A DNA stretch of 13,554 nt. Source: Bacteroidia bacterium (lineage in GTDB: Bacteria; Bacteroidota; Bacteroidia; Bacteroidales; VadinHA17). The notes under the pieces were generated by a model. It was not told the origin of the DNA. It saw only the letters and a list, made by a program, of their open reading frames with translations, and ran no database searches. Below are positions 7,828-13,554 of the stretch, piece by piece. A program made the position numbers and the translations under genes. Within the stretch, counting starts at the first letter, position 1; each line of letters begins with the position of its first letter. The DNA is taken from the NCBI GenBank assembly GCA_026391215.1, contig JAPLDX010000119.1, positions 1 through 13,554 of the forward strand. The letters run 5' to 3'.

Positions 7828-7931
7828 GCTGACCTCATTTCTTAAATCTATATAGTGATAAGAACTCTCCTTAAGATGTCCCTTTTAAGGATTAATGTAC
7901 TATTGTTTACAGGATACTATTTATTAATATT

Positions 7932-8852
7932 ATGAATATGAAAACCTCAAGAAGAACTTTTATCAAGACAGGTGCCCTGGCTGTTGCAGGCAGTGCAGTT
8001 CTGCCTGAACTTATTCTGGGCTGCGGACGACAAAAAGGGATGGTAGGACTTCAGCTTTATTGCATCCGTGATGAAATGGCTGCAGATCCCCTGGGCTCAT
8101 TGAAACAGGTTGCAGTCATGGGCTATAAATATGTGGAACATGCAAATTACATAGATCGTAAGTTTTACGGTTATCCTGCATCAGAATTCAGAAAAATTAT
8201 CGACGACCTGGGATTGAGCATGCTAAGCGGTCATACGGTTATGGGCAGTCAGGACTGGGATGAAGCAAAACAGGATTTTTCTGACAGCTGGAAGCAGACC
8301 ATTGAAGATGCAGCATTTATGGGACAAAAATATGTTGTCAGTCCATGGATGGACGACAGCATGAGAAGTAATTATGATGATTTCATGAGATATATGGGAG
8401 TCTTCAATAAATGCGGCGAGCTCTGCAGGAAAAACGGGATGAAATTCGGTTATCATAACCACGATTTTGAATTCAGTCAGAAGCTTAATGATACTAAACT
8501 CTTCGATATCATGATGAAGAACATGGATCCCGAACTTGTTGTGGTACAGCTTGATATTGGTAACTTGTATAACGGAGGCGCAGTGGCTATTGATGTCGTA
8601 AACCAGTATCCGGGCAGATTCGAAAACCTGCATGTTAAAGACGAGATCAAATCGACGAGCGGAAACGAGGAATATGAGAGCTGCATCATCGGAGAAGGAA
8701 TAGTAGAAACCCAAAAGGTAGTTGACCTGGCAACAAAGATTGGAGGAACTAAAGTTTATATTATTGAACAGGAGTCATACCAGGGAAGAACCCCGATGGA
8801 ATGTGTAAAGGCCGACCTTGAGATAATGAAGGAGTGGGGATACATATCCTGA
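7932..8852 (+). CDS. Sugar phosphate isomerase/epimerase family protein (xylose-isomerase-like TIM barrel) with Tat signal
   Basis: 306 aa with twin-arginine motif SRRTFIK and motifs GLQLY, FGYHNHDFEF, QLDIGN, LHVKD and IIEQE (metal-binding residues). Confidence 0.9.
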   Translation: MNMKTSRRTFIKTGALAVAGSAVLPELILGCGRQKGMVGLQLYCIRDEMAADPLGSLKQVAVMGYKYVEHANYIDRKFYGYPASEFRKIIDDLGLSMLSGHTVMGSQDWDEAKQDFSDSWKQTIEDAAFMGQKYVVSPWMDDSMRSNYDDFMRYMGVFNKCGELCRKNGMKFGYHNHDFEFSQKLNDTKLFDIMMKNMDPELVVVQLDIGNLYNGGAVAIDVVNQYPGRFENLHVKDEIKSTSGNEEYESCIIGEGIVETQKVVDLATKIGGTKVYIIEQESYQGRTPMECVKADLEIMKEWGYIS

Positions 8853-8874
8853 AAACTAACCAAGTTCTAAGAGA

Positions 8875-11800
8875 TCACTCTTCAATAGCAGAATGGTAAT
8901 CCTGGATCGACCTTACCTTGTATTTACCATTCTGCCTTTCTTTAATACCCTGTGTAGCTGAGAGTGCAGCTGAGGTGGTAGTGATATAAGGAATACCATA
9001 TTTAATGGCATTTTTCCTGATGTAGGAGTCATCATATTCACTAAGCCGTCCTGCCGGGGTATTAACCACCAGGTCTATTTCTCCGTTCTTGATGGCATCC
9101 ACAATATTGGGTCTGCCTTCATGAACCTTCAGTATCAGAGTTGCCGGAACATCATTCTGTTCAAGAAATTTCTTTGTACCTCCTGTCGATAGTATTTTAA
9201 ATCCCATATCCCTGAAGTTCCTTGCAGTCTCAACGATACGATTCTTGTCCCTGTCAGCAATTGTGATCAGAACGGTTCCTTTTATCGGGAGAGGAGATTG
9301 TGTCGCTTCCTGCGATTTGAAGAATGCCATACCGTATGTATCGGCCATGCCAAGTACTTCTCCCGTGGAGCGCATCTCAGGGCCGAGAAGAGGATCGATA
9401 GCCGGGAACATGTTAAACGGGAAAACAGCCTCTTTAACTCCGTAATGTTTTATAGCCCTGTTCTTCAGACCGAAATCAGATAGCTTCTGCCCCAGGAGTA
9501 TCTGCGTAGCTATTCTTGCCATTGAAACGTTGCAAACTTTTGATACCAGAGGCACAGTCCTCGAAGCCCGGGGATTGGCTTCCAGGATATACACAACATC
9601 CTCATAGATAGCATACTGGATATTAAGCAGGCCTACCACCTTAAGTTCCATTGCAAGCCTCCTGGTATAATCATAGATTGTTTTCTTATGTTCTTTCGGT
9701 ATTATCACAGGAGGTATTACACATGCTGAATCGCCTGAATGAATACCGGCATATTCAATATGCTGCATGACAGCAGGGACAAAGGCATCTGTTCCATCAG
9801 ATATTGCATCTGCCTCTGTCTCAATTGCATCCTCGAGGAATTTATCAAGAAGAAGCGGCCTGTCGGGAGAAACTCCAACAGCCTTTGCAACATATTCTTC
9901 AAGCATTTCCTCGTCGAGAATTATTTTCATTGCCCTTCCACCAAGCACATATGATGGCCTGATCATAAGCGGATATTTGATCCTTTCAGCAATAGCCAGT
10001 GCCTGGTCCAGGTTGCTTGCCATACCCGATTCGGGCTGTGGAATGCCAAGTTTTTCTATAACATGTCTGAAACGGTCGCGGTCCTCTGCAAGATCAATTG
10101 TGTCAGGAGTGGTGCCAAGTATTTTCACTCCAGCCTCAGCGAGCTCCCTTGAAAGATTCAATGGAGTCTGTCCCCCGAACTGGACAATTACACCTTCAGG
10201 CTTTTCCTTTTCATATATGCTCAGGACATCTTCGGCTGTGAGGGGCTCAAAATAGAGCCTGTCAGAAGTATCATAATCTGTGGATACCGTTTCAGGATTG
10301 CAGTTTATCATTATCGATTCCAGCCCTGCCTTGCGTATTGCGAAAGCGGCATGTACACAGCAATAGTCGAACTCAATTCCCTGGCCAATCCTGTTGGGAC
10401 CGCCGCCAAGTACCATAATCTTTTTCCTGCTGCTTATCTGGACCTTGTCGGGGGCATTGTAAGTTGAAAAATAATATGAGGCATCATTGACACCGCTTAC
10501 AGGGACAGGTTCCCAGGCTTCTCTCAGTCCCAGGGAGATCCTTTTTCCTCTTATTTCCTTTTCGGGAAGATCTAAAATCTTTGAAAGGTATCTGTCGGCA
10601 AATCCATCTTTCTTTGCCCTTATCAGGACATCATCAGGAATCATCCTCCCTTTATATGCAAGTATTTTTTCTTCCTCTTCGACCAGCTCCTTCATTTGCC
10701 GGATGAACCAGGTTTTGATATGCGTTTTCCTGTGAAGATCTTCAATATCAGCGCCTTTACGCAATGCTTCGTACATTATGAACTGCCTTTCGCTTGAAGG
10801 ATGCTTAAGCAGGTTCATCAGCTCATCAAGAGGTTTTTTATTGAAATCCTTTGCAAAACCAAGTCCGTATCGGCCAATCTCAAGCGAACGGATGGCTTTC
10901 TGCAGGGCTTCCTTATAATTTTTGCCTATGCTCATGACTTCACCAACAGCCTGCATCTGGGTGCCAAGTTTATCTTCAAGTCCTTCAAATTTCTCAAAGG
11001 CCCAGCGCGCAAATTTCACAACGACATAATCGCCGGAAGGTGTGTATTTTTCGAGTGTCCCTTCGCGCCAGTAAGGTATTTCATCGAGTGTCAGACCGCC
11101 TGCAAGAAGCGAAGATACATATGCGATAGGGAATCCTGTAGCTTTTGATGCAAGCGCTGATGATCTCGATGTACGGGGATTAATTTCGATCACTACCACC
11201 CTGTCGGTTTTAGGATCATGGGCAAACTGCACATTTGTTCCTCCGATAACCTGGATCGCTTCAACGATGTCGTAAGAATATTTCTGGAGACGTTTCTGGA
11301 GTTCCTGGCTTATTGTGAGCATGGGGGCTGTGCAAAATGAATCGCCTGTATGAATACCCATTGCATCGACATTCTCAATAAAGCAGACAGTGATCATTTG
11401 ATTTTTTGCATCACGTACCACTTCAAGCTCAAGCTCTTCCCATCCAAGGACGGATTCTTCGACAAGCACCTGGTGCACCATGCTGGCTGCAAGTCCCCTG
11501 CTGGCAATTGTCCGCAGCTCCTCGAGGTTATAGACCATTCCGCCGCCGGTGCCTCCCATGGTATAAGCGGGACGGATAACCACAGGGTACCCCAGCTCAG
11601 CTGCCACTTTTTCGGCATCTTCCACAGTATTGACTGCCTTGCTTTCCGGCATTTCAATCCCTAGACGATTCATGGTCTCCTTGTATGCTATCCTGTCTTC
11701 ACCACGTTCTATAGCATCAATATTTACTCCAATGACCTCAACATTATATTTTGCCAGTATGCCTTTTTTTGCGAGCAGAGAGGAGAGGTTCAGCCCGGTC

Positions 11801-12078
11801 TGGCCTCCAAGATTTGGAAGCAGGGCATCGGGACGTTCCTTTTTAATTATTTCTGTAAGGGCATACTCATTAAGGGGCTCAATATAAGTTACATCAGCCA
11901 TTTCAGGATCTGTCATTATTGTCGCAGGATTTGAATTGACGAGCACGATCTTATATCCCAGTGATCTTAATGCTTTACAAGCCTGCGTTCCTGAATAATC
12001 GAATTCGCAGGCCTGTCCGATGATTATCGGACCCGAGCCTATTATCAGCACTTTTTTAATATCGTCCCTGCGTGGCAT
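8875..12078 (-). CDS. carB: Carbamoyl-phosphate synthase large subunit
   Basis: 1067 aa. N-terminus 'IIGSGPIIIGQACEFDYSGTQACKAL', duplicated ATP-grasp halves ('GIHTGDS', 'GGGPNRIGQGIEFDYCCVH', 'GIHSGDS', 'EANPRASRT') and a C-terminal MGS domain. Confidence 0.98.
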   Translation of the reverse strand: MPRRDDIKKVLIIGSGPIIIGQACEFDYSGTQACKALRSLGYKIVLVNSNPATIMTDPEMADVTYIEPLNEYALTEIIKKERPDALLPNLGGQTGLNLSSLLAKKGILAKYNVEVIGVNIDAIERGEDRIAYKETMNRLGIEMPESKAVNTVEDAEKVAAELGYPVVIRPAYTMGGTGGGMVYNLEELRTIASRGLAASMVHQVLVEESVLGWEELELEVVRDAKNQMITVCFIENVDAMGIHTGDSFCTAPMLTISQELQKRLQKYSYDIVEAIQVIGGTNVQFAHDPKTDRVVVIEINPRTSRSSALASKATGFPIAYVSSLLAGGLTLDEIPYWREGTLEKYTPSGDYVVVKFARWAFEKFEGLEDKLGTQMQAVGEVMSIGKNYKEALQKAIRSLEIGRYGLGFAKDFNKKPLDELMNLLKHPSSERQFIMYEALRKGADIEDLHRKTHIKTWFIRQMKELVEEEEKILAYKGRMIPDDVLIRAKKDGFADRYLSKILDLPEKEIRGKRISLGLREAWEPVPVSGVNDASYYFSTYNAPDKVQISSRKKIMVLGGGPNRIGQGIEFDYCCVHAAFAIRKAGLESIMINCNPETVSTDYDTSDRLYFEPLTAEDVLSIYEKEKPEGVIVQFGGQTPLNLSRELAEAGVKILGTTPDTIDLAEDRDRFRHVIEKLGIPQPESGMASNLDQALAIAERIKYPLMIRPSYVLGGRAMKIILDEEMLEEYVAKAVGVSPDRPLLLDKFLEDAIETEADAISDGTDAFVPAVMQHIEYAGIHSGDSACVIPPVIIPKEHKKTIYDYTRRLAMELKVVGLLNIQYAIYEDVVYILEANPRASRTVPLVSKVCNVSMARIATQILLGQKLSDFGLKNRAIKHYGVKEAVFPFNMFPAIDPLLGPEMRSTGEVLGMADTYGMAFFKSQEATQSPLPIKGTVLITIADRDKNRIVETARNFRDMGFKILSTGGTKKFLEQNDVPATLILKVHEGRPNIVDAIKNGEIDLVVNTPAGRLSEYDDSYIRKNAIKYGIPYITTTSAALSATQGIKERQNGKYKVRSIQDYHSAIEE

Positions 12079-12156
12079 AATGAATAAAATATGATCAGCA
12101 AGATAAAAATCGTTTGTGGAAAAAAAGATTATTTTTGGGAAATGTTACCATATTTT

Positions 12157-12300
12157 ATGAGACCGTTTTATTTCATTACAATATTATTAGTACTCCTTGC
12201 TGATATGGCGGGCGCCCAGAGCTTCACTGACAGCAACCTTCCCATTGGCGACTATGAAAATAATTTACAGGGGCAACGGCCAGAGAAATTACATATCTGA
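12157..12300 (+). pseudogene. N-terminal fragment (signal peptide and mature start) of the CotH-family gene, out of frame with the remainder
   Basis: MRPFYFITILLVLLADMAGA-QSFTDSNLPI is a Sec signal with the Bacteroidota-typical Gln at +1, followed by the 'SNLPI' start seen in CotH-domain proteins. After 12246 this frame gives unrelated sequence and stops at 12300. The start could alternatively be 12142. Confidence 0.65.
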
Positions 12301-13554
12301 TCAGGATACTGCAGGATACCTGGATTATAACGGGAATATAGACATAGAGATCAGAGGATCATCCTCGCAATATAATATAAACAAGACGCAATATGGCTTT
12401 TCAACAAAAATGGCGGATGGTGTTACAAACAATAATGTAAAACTCCTGGGCATGCCTGCCGAACATGACTGGATACTCAACAGCATGATCTACGATTCAG
12501 CCCTGATCCGCGACTACCTCTGCTTCAACCTTTCAAGGCAGATAGGAGAATATGCTTCCAGGACAGCCTATTGTGAGGTAGTTATCAATAGAGAATACAG
12601 GGGACTTTATTTGCTTGATGAAAAGATAAAGGCAGATGATAACAGGGTGGATGTTTATAAGATCACCGTAAATGATAATTACATGCCTGAAGTTACCGGC
12701 GGTTATATCACCAAGGCTGATAAAACAACAGGAGGTGATCCCGTTGCCTGGAAGATGTATGCATGGAATGGTGGGACGGTCGATTTTATTCATGAGTTTC
12801 CCAAACCTGAAACCGTTACCGAACTTCAGGCTAACTATATCAAGCGACAGTTTAATTTATTCGAATCAGCAATCACCAGCGGGGACTATTCAGCGACAAC
12901 CGGAGTTCCTTCAGTGATTGATATGCCTTCATTCATTGATTACATGATAATCAGCGAGCTTTCATCAAATGCAGATTCATACCAGTTCAGCACATATTTT
13001 CATAAAGACCGGAATGGGAAGATAAGATCCGGACCAATATGGGATTCAGACCTTACTTTTAACAATGACCTGCACTTCTGGGGTTATGACAGAAGTAAAT
13101 TTAACGTATGGCAGTTCTCGAATGGAGATAATGAAGGGCCAAAATTCTGGCGGGATATGTTTTATAACAACAAGTTCAGGTGCTATCTTTCAAAAAGATG
13201 GAACGAACTTATCCTTCCGGGTCAGCCATTGAATCTGACAAGCATAAACAACCTTATTGATTCAACAGTAGCATCAATCAGTGAAGCTATAGTAAGAGAA
13301 AATAAAAAATGGAATAATGTGAAGGACCACCAGAAGAGGATCGCAGAAATCAAATCCTTTCTTGAGAAAAGAATCCCGTGGATCACTGACAATCTTGGAT
13401 CATGGTCGGAATGCAGCAATGTAGCGGTTCCTGAACTTGTTATAAGCAGGATAATGTACCACCCGGATACAACGATCTCATATCCTGAAAGTGAAGAAAG
13501 GGAGTTTATTGAGATAACAAATGCCGGAGAGAAGAGCGCTGACCTGACAGGAAT
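12254..13554 (+). CDS. CotH kinase family protein followed by the start of a lamin tail domain (3' partial; 5' disrupted)
   Basis: Not in the ORF track because it has no stop in the window. Open frame from 12254: MKIIYRGNG...IDIEIRGSSSQ...LLGMPAEHDWILN...YCEVVINREYRGLYLLDEKIK...ELSSNADSY...GPIWDSDLTF, all CotH motifs. From about 13430, 'LVISRIMYHP...EFIEITNAG...ADLTG' is LTD-like. Confidence 0.85.
   Translation, partial: MKIIYRGNGQRNYISDQDTAGYLDYNGNIDIEIRGSSSQYNINKTQYGFSTKMADGVTNNNVKLLGMPAEHDWILNSMIYDSALIRDYLCFNLSRQIGEYASRTAYCEVVINREYRGLYLLDEKIKADDNRVDVYKITVNDNYMPEVTGGYITKADKTTGGDPVAWKMYAWNGGTVDFIHEFPKPETVTELQANYIKRQFNLFESAITSGDYSATTGVPSVIDMPSFIDYMIISELSSNADSYQFSTYFHKDRNGKIRSGPIWDSDLTFNNDLHFWGYDRSKFNVWQFSNGDNEGPKFWRDMFYNNKFRCYLSKRWNELILPGQPLNLTSINNLIDSTVASISEAIVRENKKWNNVKDHQKRIAEIKSFLEKRIPWITDNLGSWSECSNVAVPELVISRIMYHPDTTISYPESEEREFIEITNAGEKSADLTG

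Noticed and set aside
12238-12250. Programmed +1 frameshift at CTT-CCC-ATT in the CotH gene
   Set aside because: No obvious stimulatory element, and a stretch of residues appears to be missing, which fits a deletion better. Not formally excluded without an alignment.
12091-12300. 69-aa ORF as a stand-alone small gene starting at 12091
   Set aside because: The 5' part spans the carB promoter region. The meaningful part is the signal peptide of the disrupted CotH gene.
942-13419. Numerous 60-165 aa ORFs antisense to or out of frame within marR, tolC, MFP, RND, OmpA, TIM barrel, carB and CotH
   Set aside because: They are shadow ORFs largely or fully overlapping well-supported genes, with no recognisable motifs.

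Overview
Chromosomal region, most likely from a Bacteroidota (Bacteroidales-like) genome: about 40% GC by eye, a TTTG-N20-TAnnTTTG promoter, and AT-rich start contexts without Shine-Dalgarno motifs. From left to right: the 3' end and right terminus of an IS481-like insertion sequence abutting a REP-like palindrome; a TerB-like gene; a marR-tolC-MFP-RND efflux operon with two palindromic operators over its promoter; an OmpA-domain gene plus a TM/coiled-coil gene; a Tat-exported xylose-isomerase-like TIM barrel; a stand-alone carB on the minus strand; and a divergent CotH-kinase/lamin-tail-domain gene, broken near its 5' end and running off the window. The most unusual structure is a 93-nt element filling the MFP-RND spacer. 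It is an array of 9-mers that flips orientation midway, giving a long hairpin with purine-purine mismatches exactly every 9 nt. All family calls come from motif recognition by eye; no database searches were run.
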